Below are positions 35,853 to 49,115 of a DNA stretch of 64,000 nt, piece by piece. Within the stretch, counting starts at the first letter, position 1, and each line of letters starts with the position of its first letter. The notes below the pieces were generated by a model. The model did no database searches. It was not told where the DNA came from and saw only the letters and a program-made list of their open reading frames with translations. The stretch is from positions 4,168,644 through 4,232,643 of the forward strand of contig NC_068999.1 in the NCBI RefSeq assembly GCF_001194135.2. Reading direction: 5' to 3'. The DNA comes from Octopus bimaculoides (lineage: Eukaryota). A program made the translations under genes and the position numbers.

Positions 35853-36004
35853 GCACGGAGGGTATATCAGCCAAAACTGTGTTAAATTCAAAATTTAAAT
35901 GTTACATTCAAACAGACAACCACCACAAGTCCTCACACTCAAAGAATTCACCTAGGGTCACACCAACTGTCTACATATGCAACGTGACAACATCCAAATC
36001 TTAC

Positions 36005-36064
36005 CTTAAGCTATATTCAGTTGCTGGTTTTAGATTCTTCAATGTAATCTCTTGAAATGGACCA
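36005..36064 (-). CDS. FNDC3: FNDC3 exon, FN3-1 (SGPFQEITLKNLKPATEYSLR)
   Basis: catctacag acceptor, GTAAGA donor, 60 nt, phase 2 to 2; FN3 LxPxTxY motif. Confidence 0.93.
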
Positions 36065-37341
36065 CTGTAGATGAGACAATGAGAACAGTTAAAGAACTTG
36101 AGGCCAATAACAGTTCCTGGTGAAGATTATGGTACTAACAAGTCTAATTTTGAGAAACAGAAAGCAATTAAGGAATATAGATTTTAGTTTGGTTCTATGT
36201 CTGCTTTTCTATGCTGGAATGGGTTAGATGAAACTTGTGGCAGGTTTTCTACGGCTGGATGCTTTCCCTGTCACCAACCCTTACCTCTTTTACTAAGAAA
36301 GGCATATTTCCCCCCACCCCCCCATTCCACTAGTCCTCAACCATGAAAGTTGAAACTACAAGAACTTTGCTTACCAAAGAATGGAAACATAAACACGTGT
36401 TTTTGTTTTTGCTGAGATGGTATTAATGAGGACACATTGAATGACAAACACACACATGAAGGGCTTCTTCTTAGTTTCCTCTATCAGTTTCATTCACAAA
36501 GTATTATAGTCAGCTGTAGAAGATTCTTGCTCAAGGTGTCATGCAATGGGACTGACCCCTGAACCATGTGGTTGAGAAGCAAATTTCTAAATCATACAAC
36601 AGTCCCCTGATGAACACAGTGATGGTATTTAACTACTTAAAGACCTTGGAAGGGAAAAAGGGGTAAGTTGACCCCAGCTGAATTTACCTTGAAAGTACAA
36701 AAGTAAATATCTTGTCTTGATATTTAGTTTTATAGAAAGAATTATTAATTGTAACTAGCAGAAATAATGCCCTCCAGGGGTAGTGAAGCACTGACACCCC
36801 TCCCCTGCTTGACTGGTACCTACTGTATTTTAACATGTATAAGGGGTCCTTTTTTGTCAAAAATTAGGTTAAAAAAATATGGATAGTATTATAGTCCCTT
36901 ACAAAACCTTTTTCCAAATTTTAAGCCCCCAAAATTAGGGGGTTCCTTATGCATGGTAAAATACAGTGCTTCGTCGATCCTCAGAGGACAAAAGACAAAG
37001 TTGATGTTGGTGGAATTTGAACTCTCAACATAAAACCAGGAAACGACCTGGCACGCATCTTGTCTGGTTGTGCTAACAGTAATTAATGTGTGGCAGTAAT
37101 TAATAACATTGATGATCCTTTCTATTATATGCACAAGGCCTGAAATTTGGGGAGAAGGGATTAAGCCGATTACATTGACCCCAGTGCATAACTGGTACTT
37201 AATTCATCGACCCTGAAAGGATGAAAGGCAAAGTCAACATCAGTGGAATTTGAAATCAGAACATAGCAATGGACATGCCGTTAAGCATTTTGCCTGGCGT
37301 GCGCTAATGATTCTGCCACCTTTAATAATTAAAATAATCAC

Positions 37342-37481
37342 CTGTATACTGTTCTGTATTTATCTCGGCCTTTCTCTGATAACTGAAGCTCGACATGAAC
37401 TGTGGACATCTCAAACTCACTTTGGTCAAAGTCTGGAGGTGCCATTATTAGTGAGGCACTTCTTGGTTCCACTTCTTTTAC
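37342..37481 (-). CDS. FNDC3: FNDC3 exon, FN3-1 (VKEVEPRSASLIMAPPDFDQSEF...DKYRTVY)
   Basis: gtgttttcag acceptor, GTGATT donor, 140 nt, phase 0 to 2; absent from the ORF track on this strand. Confidence 0.92.
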
Positions 37482-37562
37482 CTGAAAACACAAAGACACA
37501 AATAAAATAAACACTTTCCCCTCTCTCCTCCTCCTCTCACCACCATCATCATCATTAACAGA

Positions 37563-37593
<31 letters not shown>

Positions 37594-37894
37594 GAGATTG
37601 GTAAGAGGTTTAAGGAACTGTTTACCCCTGTCATCAACAAGAGAAATTTACTGAGGCACAGTTGCTTGACCTGCTAGAAATAACAGTGAAATCTTTGTCA
37701 AATCACAACATCTTAAGAAAAAAAAACAAAGATAGGACACACTAAAGAGGACAGTCCTTGCTACAAAACCAATGGGATGGTCAAAGTTGGAATGTCTTTG
37801 ATCATAGGCTGTTCTGGGGTGAAACAACAACATTTATCTCTTTCTGTGAAAGGTAGATTGTATAAAATTTGAGCAAAAAGTTGAATAATGGAAG

Positions 37895-38260
37895 CTAGAA
37901 AATCATGGAGCTGTGAATGAGAAGATTAAAGAGTGAAGAAATATGAAGTATTGAATGGCAGAGAGACATGGAGGTGTGAATGAGGAGATTAAAGAGTGAA
38001 GAAATATGAAGAATTGAATGGCTGAGAGACATGGAGGTGTGAATGTAGAAGATCTGTGGAAGATGGCTAGAAATGAGGAAAACATAGTCTAGGGGATGTG
38101 TGATGTTTCCCAACATGAGAAAGAGAGAGAGAGGGGGAGAGGGACAGAACATAATGAATTGAGAACATCAGAAACTTGAGCTGGACTACAGAAGAGAGAT
38201 GGACGTAAGGGGGGACAAGATGTGCTGCAGTGAAAAAGATGATGTTACTGTCCAGCTGTT
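37895..38260 (+). mobile_element. Degenerate RTE fragment containing a 63-bp tandem duplication
   Basis: Units start at 37904, 37967, 38030; downstream ..NVEDLWKMARNEEN....MCDV resembles RTE ETWA..ED..RLERNE..M.RWMC.V. Confidence 0.6.
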
Positions 38261-41009
38261 GTAGTTATTTAGTTTCAGATTGACCTACGTCAAACAGACA
38301 TATGATTAAAGACATCCCAGCTGTGACCATCATACCTCTTTGTTCCACATAGCCCAATAGATATCCTTTTTGAAAGACGGTAGGGTGGAATTTGAAGTGG
38401 GATCTGGCTGTTATTTCTAACAGGTTGAGCAACCACAGAAAAGGATACCTTGGTCTGATCAAGGGAGCTGAGGGCCTGAACCTCACAGATGAGACAGCAA
38501 AAGAGTCGAGTAAACTAGGGGGGGGGGGGACTCGTCCAACTTAGTCTGTGACAGGAAGGAAATAGCAGATGTTAAAACAACAAACGCCATACACTGAAGT
38601 GGGGCGGATGGCGCAATAAAACGGTAGAATCACAACATTAATCACAGACTTGTCTCCAGTAATGCAACACAGCACCTCTGTGTTTCGTTCCCTACTGTTT
38701 CTTGTGAGCAAACGACATAAGGATTTCTTTGAAGAGAATAAACATATGGCACTGCAGTAGAGACGTATGGGGGGGGGGAGCAAGACTGAAGATGACATAA
38801 ATGTATGATCAAACAGTACAAGCACAATCTTTGTTACGTAACCGAGTGTTTTAAAGTTAACATTCCACAATGCATAACTGCATCTATACTATACATATAC
38901 AACAATGTGTGTGTGTATATATATATATATATACACTTTATTTAAAAGCAGCAGAAATATAAACGTGAAACTCCGAGTAACAGTCTTTTGTTATATTTCT
39001 GCTGCTTTTAAATAAAGCATATTACTCTACCTCTGGTATTCGAGTACTCTTTTTTCCACCTTGTTGCACATTTATGTGCTTACTCCGGTATATATATATA
39101 TATATATATATATCATCATTTAATGCTCATTTTCCATGCTGGCATGGGTTGGACAGTTTGACAGGGAACTGGCAAACCAGAGAGCTGCATCAAGCTCCAA
39201 CTGTCCATTTTGGCATGGTTTTTATAGTTGGATGCCCTTCCTAATGCCAACCCTGTTACAGAGTGAACTGGGTGCTTTTTATGTGGCACCAGCACAGGAG
39301 TTCTTTACATGACACCATGTTTATATATGGGATGGAGAATGCATGAGTAGTGGAGTTAACTGTGAAGCGATTGGGTTTCTGTAAGCCTAACCCATCAAAG
39401 AGTAGTAACGACATGCAATACTGAAAACATATCCAATTGTACAACGAGACGAAGAAATGGATATGAAGGTGATATACACATAAACACACACCGCTGCCGC
39501 CACCACCCTCATTCCCCTCATCTGCTCTTCCATGCTCCACTTGTTTGGTTGGAAGCCTTCTTTAGTTCAACGCTTTGTCATTTCTTACATTTCTTGGTCA
39601 TCTTGTTTATCATTAATTTTAACCACTTCCTCCCATGTCGTCTTTGTTTTGCTTCCTTTTTCCTGCAGGTTCGTTTTTCTTGAATTATTTTGCCCTTTTG
39701 ACGAGGCTTGTTTCAGGTTCTGTTGAGTAAATCCACTCACAAGGCATCAGTCAACCCCTGAAACCACGTGGCTGCGGAGCAAACATCTTAACCACATAGC
39801 TAAGCCTGTGCCTACACACACACACACACACAGATATGAGGTCCTTGATCATCTCAGACTATGACAACCCATCTAATCTATGCCAGAATGGAAAATGGAC
39901 GCAAAACGATGATGACGATGATGCTGTCCCTTCTTCGTCTGTAAATATGAATGTCCACACAGACACACACATTTTATCTGTACTGGTCATCAGGTGGTCT
40001 TTGGGCAGTAACAGCACCATATTAGGCTTTCTATGGGAAAAGATTTGCTGGACCATCATTTAGCCCTTCATTTTTGGAGAAAGGGTCACTGTTAGTGGTC
40101 CCTTAGGATCCTTTCTCACAGTGAGAGAGAGAGAGAGAGAGAGAGAGCAGAATTGAGCCCAGTATATGACTGGTACTTTATTGACTATCCCCCCCCCCAC
40201 TCCTTCCAGAAAGAGGAAAGATATTGTTGACCTTGGTGGGGGGTCTGCTCTCAAAGGGTGCAGCAAACCAGACAAAATACCAAAAAACACATTCTAGCCC
40301 CGTGCTCTGATGTCAATGCTAATTTACCACACACACGCACGTATACATACACACACACACACACACTCATTTACCATTTATGTAGAAACAAATATTGTAA
40401 TACGATTGTTCTGATCAAGTTACCATGACACGACATGGCTGGCATGGCACAACAAACGAAGGTGGTGGTGGTGGTTGAGAACACGACTCTGACATCAAAC
40501 ATTCGTAATCAGCTTTGTCATGCCACCAGTTACCATAGAAACCAGAGAGAGAAACGAGTGGGGTTGGAGGAGTGGTGGGGGGGTCTCAGTGGATGAGTTG
40601 TCAGTGTGAAATATGCGGAAGTGAACCATTAAGAGGTGAAAGAAAGAAAGAAACAAGTAAGGGGAGGGGACGGAGAAGGGAGCAATGTCAAATAAGTTAA
40701 TTGTTGCCATTGTGTCTTGTTGTTGTTTAATCCAGACAGGTCAGCCCTGATCCATCGGATGGATGTATGATCATAGACATGCCAACTGTTACCCTAAATC
40801 TATCTAGGACTACAGTACACGACATATCATTTCTCTTTTTAAAACACTTGGACGGGATTTATATAAGAATTGGTTGCTATTTCTAACAAATCAAGTGATG
40901 ACATGTAGCCTCTGTTGTGGTCTCATCGTTGTGTTAAGCTGACCTTGTTGTAGCCAATGGACAAGATTAATACTGGTCAGTGTGACTGGACACTGGAGGG
41001 AATAAAGTT

Positions 41010-42198
41010 AGACGAGGTCAGTGCAGTTGGACAAAGTACAAATATGTTGAGAAAAAAACCCAGACATAAAAGGAATCGGATGTAATGAGCAGAAGAGAAG
41101 ACTACGTTGGTATTGGACATGTGATGTGTATGGATGAGAGCAGCTGCAGACAGAAGGATCACTTGCTTAAAGAGGATGGAGCTTGTGGAAGAGAGAAGGG
41201 GAAAATCCAGGGAAAATACGGGATGAAGTAGTGAAGGCTGATCTCAGGAATTTGAACCTTGTAGAGGAGATGAGAAAAGATGAAAATGATTGTTGATAAG
41301 TGGTATGAAGAAGACCTACCAATCATGGCGAAACACGTTTTGGAAGCAATAATGTCTATATAAACAACTGGTCTCCTTGTCCTATTTCCGTTTGTCATAC
41401 CTTCCCCACTGACCCCAAATCTCCCTATCGCTGGTCCCCCCCATCACTTTCCTATCTACTGCAGGATTCTGAAACTGTAATCGAATGAGAGCAGAACTAC
41501 ATATGTCACAATACCTTTTCTGCTCTACCAGTTATCTTTTCCTCTCCCAGAAGCTGGAACCCGCTTCCACTGACATTTTACATTGATTCCTCTTCTGTGC
41601 TATCAGTTATCTCTCTCCCTCCTCCATGAACCATTTCCTGCCGACTCATCCTTATCACACCATGCATCTCACTCTGCCCTCCACCCACTTGTCATCTCCC
41701 TTTCACCAGCCCCCCACCCCATTTGCTATTACTGTTCTGCTTCTCATCACCCTTTCCATACAGCCAGTCATCACCTACTCTCCCCAACCTTGCCTCCAAT
41801 TCATACTTATCAGTGATACACCTCCACCCTTGTTCCCTATTCATTACATTCATTGGATCCTACCTCATCTCCAACCATCCCTCATCCTCCCCATACCCTC
41901 TTGCAGCTTTTACCAACCCACTCTTTAGTTCTCATTCTCTCAGCTATTCACCTTTGTGTACCTTGAGGGTATGCTGTGGCATCTCACCATCACCACCCTC
42001 ACTAGTGCTAATGCCATGTAAAAAGTACCCAGAACACTGTGAAGTGGTGGGCATTAGGAAAGGCATCTAGCCATAGCAACCATACCAAAGTAGAGACACT
42101 GGAGAACAATGTAGTTTTCTGACACAGTAGATCTGGTCGAACCATCCAACCTATGCCAGCTTGGAAAACAAGTATTTGAAGACAATGATGAGGATGAC
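41010..42198 (+). mobile_element. 3' end of an RTE LINE: ORF C-terminus, long pyrimidine-rich 3'UTR and family C tail
   Basis: Degenerate ..RRLRW.GHVM.MDE.SC..K...G..WDEVVKADLR.LNL..EM, then C/T-rich tract 41370-41940, then tail ending GATGAGGATGAC. Confidence 0.75.
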
Positions 42199-42289
42199 AA
42201 TGGCAGTGGCAGCAGTGGTAGTGGCGTGTGTCTAACAGAGCATTTCCAAGTCTTGGTGCATTTATGAAATACGTGTACAAAGTGTGATG

Positions 42290-42690
42290 TTAAAAGGCAG
42301 TGAGGCATGGACATTGTATGCGGAGGATGTGCAAATGCTGGGAAGGAACGAGAGACACGTGATCAGCAGGAATTGTAAATATAGAAGTTAGTGAACGACA
42401 GAGGAAGGGTGAACTGAGAGAAGAACTGGATTTAAGGTAAATCTGATGGAATGAGTAAGAGAAAAAGATGTGTTGGTGCAGACATGAGTCATGTCTGGAA
42501 AATGTCAGACAGGTGAAGAGGGATCAGGAAAGAGCCGGGGGGGGGAGAAGACACTGAAAGAAATGGTTGGGTTTTCTGTCAGGATGCTGAACACCACAAG
42601 ATATATGATGAATGATGAGCTCCAAAAACAGATCTACGCAACTGATGCCAGCATGCAAGAATATACAATGACAATGACAATGGTGGTGGT
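42290..42690 (+). mobile_element. Degenerate RTE LINE 3' fragment
   Basis: EAWTLYAEDVQMLGRNE.. motif, ends in tail remnant gccagcatgcaaga..aatgacaatgac. Confidence 0.6.
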
Positions 42691-42727
42691 GATGATGGCA
42701 CTATCCACAGATTTGTGACAGACTTAC

Positions 42728-42870
42728 CTTTGGCTCAGGAATATTGGACATTTGCTGAAAGAATTTCCTCTCTACCTCTAATTCAGCCCCGTTTTCAGTG
42801 GTGGACGCTGCTGTTGGTGTGTTAGCCATGTTATTCTGGTGATGAATGTCTCCATTGACAGAGATGTTCA
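42728..42870 (-). CDS. FNDC3: FNDC3 exon (VNISVNGDIHHQNN...FFQQMSNIPEPK), leads into FN3 domain 1
   Basis: tgttttacag acceptor, GTAAGT donor, 143 nt, phase 1 to 0. Confidence 0.92.
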
Positions 42871-44079
42871 CTGTAAAACACAAGAGGAAAAGAAAATATG
42901 AAAGAGGAGAGGAAAAAAAAAGTGGGGGGGGTCAAAGGCTTGGAATTAAACACCATACATATGAGAGTAGTATGTGAGAGTGAACCTGGAACCTTGTGGT
43001 TGGGAAGCAAGCTTCTTACCACACAGCCATGCCTGCACTCAATAATTGTAATTATTTTTTATTTATTACTTTTATAAAATTAATTAATTATTTTTTTAAC
43101 TAATTATATTTACTATTTCTCTAACGATCTGTTGCTTACATTATTAATTTGCAGAGGAAATCAGAATGATAATTCAAACACAGCTGATTAATTTAAATAG
43201 AGGAAGTGGGACCTACTAAAATTAGTTCTCAGCACTTAATTACTTTGTTGCTAATTGGCTTAATTACACATTCTTGGTTCCAGTTTCAAGAAATGCAGAG
43301 ATCAAGAAATATGAAAAAATGACCAAATTCCAATGTGTTGAATGACCTCACACACAAACACACAGATATGCACTTATGTTTGACCACAGAAACGCATACA
43401 TATATGCATCACAGAACACAAATTTACATACACATCGACGCATACAAATATACATACACATAGACACACACACACGTACACGCATGAATTAAAGAGAAAA
43501 ACTAGGCTATCTATTTAAAGAAACTGATCATGCGACCTCTCTAATTATAAACAAAAAAGAACAGAGAGAGAGAGAAGGTTGATGTCTTGGAGGGTTTGGT
43601 GAGGGTCGGAGTTTGAGGTTACTCAGTTGATGTTGGCTGTTTGTGTGATTCATCCAACACCAAAGGTCACTGACACTTCAAATGGAGGAGGAGGAGGAGG
43701 AGGAGGTTGTGGAGAAATCACTTCAGAATAGTATGCATAAATGTGAACGTGTATGGGTTAGTATGATATACATACATACATATACACATATATATAATAT
43801 ACATACATACACACATCATCATCATCATCATCATCATTTAACGTCCGCTTTCCATGCTAGCATGGGTTGGACGATTTGACTGAGGACTGGTGCAACCGGA
43901 TGGCTACACCAGGCTCCAATCTAATTTGGCAGAGTTTCTACAGCTGGATGCCCTCCTAACGCCACATATATACATCTACACATATATACACATATACAAA
44001 CATATACACACATATATATATATACATACATATATACATATACATACATACATACATATACACACACACACATATATAG

Positions 44080-44416
44080 GTAGGGGGGCTCCGAAAGGGG
44101 TCTCAAGGAGTAGTGTCCCTGCCTTCCTGAGCTAGTTTTCCACCACATTTCTTAAAAATCGTGGTAGAGTCCCTGGTCTTGGGAACCACCCATGTCTAGA
44201 AACTGAGGTTGGGGGTAAGCAAGGGCATGCTCCCCGTAGAAAATCCAGCTCCAAAAAAGCCTCATGATAGCAAAGGAGAATGGGCACCGGCCAGTCCAAA
44301 AATTGGGGTGGGCTGCACCTGCCTACCTCGGTTGCTATGGCATTGAGGTAGATCCATCCACCCCTGTTAACGGGTACAAAACCCGGATTTAAAACACTGG
44401 ATGATGATGATGATGA
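44080..44416 (+). mobile_element. Retroposon tail ending in (GAT)n, distinct from family C
   Basis: GC-rich 330-bp block with GGGCATGCTCCCCGTAGAAAA motif and GATGATGAT tail, inserted next to an AT/AC microsatellite. Confidence 0.5.
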
Positions 44417-45031
44417 TATACGTGAACTAGAGAGCAGCCAAGTATTCTCTTCTTCATGACCATTTTGAAAGGGTTTCTCTGACCATCAGCGGGATCCTTC
44501 TCACAGACATGCTGTGTCCTCCCACCTTGGTGGATACACCCCGAGATGAATTCAATAAGACAAAGGCTATGGAAAGTACACCCAACAGAGAGAACAAAAA
44601 CAAAAATAAATATGCTGTGGTGGTCAGTTTTAAAGGAATGTCTTAGTCTATAGATTCCAGCAGCCCCTGAACCGAGATATAATTCATCTTGGGTCCCTCC
44701 TGACATTGTATCTTCAAATTGAGGTTCAATTCATCTTTTGTAGTAACTCTTAAGACAAGGAATGATGTACAAGAAAAGTTTAACCCTTTAGCATTCAAAC
44801 CAGCCTCCATATCCGGCCCAAATTTTCTGCCTGTTTTATGCCATGACTGACCAGATCTGTCCTCTCACACCTACCCCACAAAGTAACCCCTATGCAGTCA
44901 AATAGCAGCCAAATATATTTACATGATGCAAACAGGAAAAATAGAACTCAAAACATGAATGTATGTATATTTCTATTAGCCTAATAACAAAACTATCAGA
45001 CCTTGAGTCACTCGGTTACTTCTGCTAAATA

Positions 45032-45073
<42 letters not shown>

Positions 45074-45640
45074 NNNNNNNNNNNNNNNNNNNNNNNNNNN
45101 NNNNNNNNNNNNNNNNNNNNNNNNNNNNNNNNNNNNNNNNNNNNNNNNNNNNNNNNNNNNNNNNNNNNNNNNNNNNNNNNNNNNNNNNNNNNNNNNNNNN
45201 NNNNNNNNNNNNNNNNNNNNNNNNNNNNNNNNNNNNNNNNNNNNNNNNNNNNNNNNNNNNNNNNNNNNNNNNNNNNNNNNNNNNNNNNNNNNNNNNNNNN
45301 NNNNNNNNNNNNNNNNNNNNNNNNNNNNNNNNNNNNNNNNNNNNNNNNNNNNNNNNNNNNNNNNNNNNNNNNNNNNNNNNNNNNNNNNNNNNNNNNNNNN
45401 NNNNNNNNNNNNNNNNNNNNNNNNGGAGGGTGGGAGCAGGGGTAGAGAAGACATATGGGTGGGAGGGGCAGTGAGAAGCGCAAGTGAAACAAGGACGACA
45501 ACAGCTGTTGCACAGACCAGAGGAATGGGGGGGGGGTATATATATGTATAAGGCGGAGGTAAAGCAGACACACACACATACAGGAACCAACAAGTACTTG
45601 TATGTATGACTTAGTATATTTACATGTGTATTGTATTATA

Positions 45641-45783
45641 CGAGGGTGAGTCAAAAAGTAATGCCGTTTTGTTTGGGACAGGTATAATTACCAACACAGG
45701 AACATGTATCATACATCAAAATGAAGCTGGTCCTCTGTGGATCACATCCCTACTTCTCATCCCTACTTTTTGACTCACCCTTG
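45641..45783. mobile_element. Mariner-like MITE (143 bp)
   Basis: 20-bp terminal inverted repeats CGAGGGTGAGTCAAAAAGTA / TACTTTTTGACTCACCCTTG (19/20), TA on the left flank. Confidence 0.8.
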
Positions 45784-46486
45784 TGTATATATATATATAT
45801 ATAGATATAGATATTCTTTTTATTGCCCACAGAAGGCTAAACATAGAGGAGACAAACAAAGGGTTTAAGTTGATTACACCGACCCCGGTGCGTAACTGGT
45901 ACTTATATATATATATATATGTGCGTGCATGTATGTATACATGTTCACATGTCAGTCAGTGAATTAAGAGCAACAGTTAAAACACAAACATTTCAAAGGT
46001 TCCCTTCCTCAGCATCAACTTATGAACATGTGCATTATGAGCAACTTTTTGCTGAGGCTGCATATCAGCTGCTGCAGCTCTGCTGGTGATAGTAGTAGTA
46101 GTGGTAGTAGTGGTGGTGGTGGTGGTGGTGGTGGTGGGTTCTTGTTGTGAAGAGCTGAGAAACTGGAACATCAACAACAACAACAGCAGCAGCAGTAGTA
46201 GTAGGAGTTGCAGAAACAAAAGCAGAAGTCTACTGATTATGATTATGATGATGGTGATGAAAGATGAACTGTGTTAATGGACGGAGCGAGGCTGGTTGTT
46301 ATGCAAGCCAAGAGCACAGCAACAACAACAACAGCATCAGCAGGATGGTGCAGCTGGGGACATGTGTGTGTGTGCAGTGGTAGTGAGTCATCCATTCGCA
46401 GCCTAAACAGAAAAGCTTGATCACAAGACACTATTTATGCAGAAGGATGGAGCCAATAGTTAGAAATAACGGATATTATACACACA

Positions 46487-46530
<44 letters not shown>

Positions 46531-48002
46531 GTGTGTATGTATATATATATATATGTGTATATATATATATGTGTATGTATATATGTGTGTGTGTATATAT
46601 ATATATACATACATATATATATGAGTATGTGTGTGTAAAATAGAGTTGTCAACAGTTGGCATAGATGGGATTGGGTTAGGGTTAGGAAATGATTGGGAAA
46701 AGTGGGTGTAAGACGTTTGATGGAGGGAGGGCTGTTTTTTTATAACTGTTCTCAAACAAGGATTAACCCCACCACCACCACCACCACCATAAAAATAATC
46801 TACACACATCCATATGTGTGTATGTGTGCATATATATATATATTTATGTATACGCGTAGCAGGAGATGCGTATATATTACCCTCAATACCCTCACATATC
46901 TACTGCAACCGCCCACCCCACCCCACCCTCTCCTANNNNNNNNNNNNNNNNNNNNNNNNNNNNNNNNNNNNNNNNNNNNNNNNNNNNNNNNNNNNNNNNN
47001 NNNNNNNNNNNNNNNNNNNNNNNNNNNNNNNNNNNNNNNNNNNNNNNNNNNNNNNNNNNNNNNNNNNNNNNNNNNNNNNNNNNNNNNNNNNNNNNNNNNN
47101 NNNNNNNNNNNNNNNNNNNNNNNNNNNNNNNNNNNNNNNNNNNNNNNNNNNNNNNNNNNNNNNNNNNNNNNNNNNNNNNNNNNNNNNNNNNNNNNNNNNN
47201 NNNNNNNNNNNNNNNNNNNNNNNNNNNNNNNNNNNNNNNNNNNNNNNNNNNNNNNNNNNNNNNNNNNNNNNNNNNNNNNNNNNNNNNNNNNNNNNNNNNN
47301 NNNNNNNNNNNNNNNNNNNNNNNNNNNNNNNNNNNNNNNNNNNNNNNNNNNNNNNNNNNNNNNNNNNNNNNNNNNNNNNNNNNNNNNNNNNNNNNNNNNN
47401 NNNNNNNNNNNNNNNNNNNNNNNNNNNNNNNNNNNNNNNNNNNNNNNNNNNNNNNNNNNNNNNNNNNNNNNNNNNNNNNNNNNNNNNNNNNNNNNNNNNN
47501 NNNNNNNNNNNNNNNNNNNNNNNNCAAAAAAAAACTAAAATATTCCTCTAAAAATTTTGGCAAAGAATTCTTATGACAGCGCCTGTGGTGAACCTATAAA
47601 TACTCAAAACAGTGGAAACTAGTGAATGGCAAATAAAAGAGTGTGGTGAAATTCTTTGGCTGTAAAAAAGTTTTTTTTTTGTTTTTTTTTTGTTTTTTTT
47701 TACAATGGGAAGCTATGTAAAGAATTAACGCAAAATTTTTGGTGTAAAAACCGAAATTCTGAAGCCATAAATAACTGGGTATTGTTCATCATTTCGATTC
47801 TATTCTCAGGGTATTTCGGTAGAAATATTTATTGTTTTGTGCTTCTTGATGTATATGGGTAGGTGTGTGTGTGTGTGTGTGTGTGTTTTTTGGGGGGTGA
47901 AAATATAGTCTTGGAGTGACATTTGGTGCCTCTGAATATCATTGCTGCTATTTTAGCTTTAAATCGGTACAAACTGATCTCAGGCTTATAAAAATATCTT
48001 TC

Positions 48003-48358
48003 ATCATTTCCTTGCTTCAGTTATTTGACTGTGGCCACGCTGGGGAGGGTTTTAGTCGAACAATTTGACCCTACAGATTTTATTCTTAAAGCCTGGTACT
48101 TATTCTATCGGTCTCTTTCTGCCGGACTGCTAAGTTACTAGGACATAAAGACACCAACACCAGTTATCAAGCGGTGAAGAGAAACAAACACAGACATAAA
48201 GACACACACACACACATAGATATCTATATATACATACGACAGGCTTCTTTCAGTTTCCATCTGCCAAATCCACTCACAAGGCTCTGGTCGGCAGAAGACA
48301 CTTGGCTAAGGTGCCACTGAACCCAGAACCATGTGGTTGGGAAGCAAGCTTCTTACCA
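48003..48358 (-). mobile_element. SINE family A copy
   Basis: Homologous to 3095-3474. Confidence 0.85.
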
Positions 48359-49077
48359 CATGGTGTGTAGAAATAACTTGTTCATGGTGCGGCATATACA
48401 CATACACACAAACCCATGGTCTTGCACACTCACACACACGATTACATATATACTCACACACACACATAAATACACTGAAGCAATTCCTGCCAAGTTGTTT
48501 GCAATATGATAGATGTAAATGCAGCCCAAAGCATTTAAAAAACAACTTCAAGATATCCTTTTCTACTCTAGGCACAAGGCCCAAAATTTTGGCACAGGGG
48601 GGACAGTTGATTAGATCAATGCCAGTACGCAACTGGTACTTAATTTATCGACCCTGAAAGGATATCATCATCGCATTTTGTTGCCTGAAGATCAGAACTG
48701 AGAAACTCTGAGTAACAACAACAGCACACAAAGGCATGGCTTTATGTCTGTGTCTGCCTCCACTGCCACTTGACAACCAGTGTTGGTGTGTTTACATCCC
48801 CATTACTTAGCAGTTCAGCAAACGAAACCAACGGAATAACTACCAAGCTTTAAAGAAAAATAAATACTGGGATCGATTCATTCGACTAAAATTTCTTCAA
48901 GGGGGTGCCCCAGCATGGCCACAGTCTAATGACTGAAACAAGGAAAAGATAAATGCTATAAGTACACACATGCACACACAGTCTATGGATATAAATATGC
49001 ATACATGCTCACACACACACATGCATATATATATATATATATATATTTAACATGAAGTATATTCTCGTTCAGAGATT

Positions 49078-49115
<38 letters not shown>

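Noticed and set aside
44389-44706. 105-aa minus-strand ORF (MSGGTQDELYLGSGAAGIYR...)
   Set aside because: Not needed for FNDC3 phase continuity, no clear splice sites or family match.
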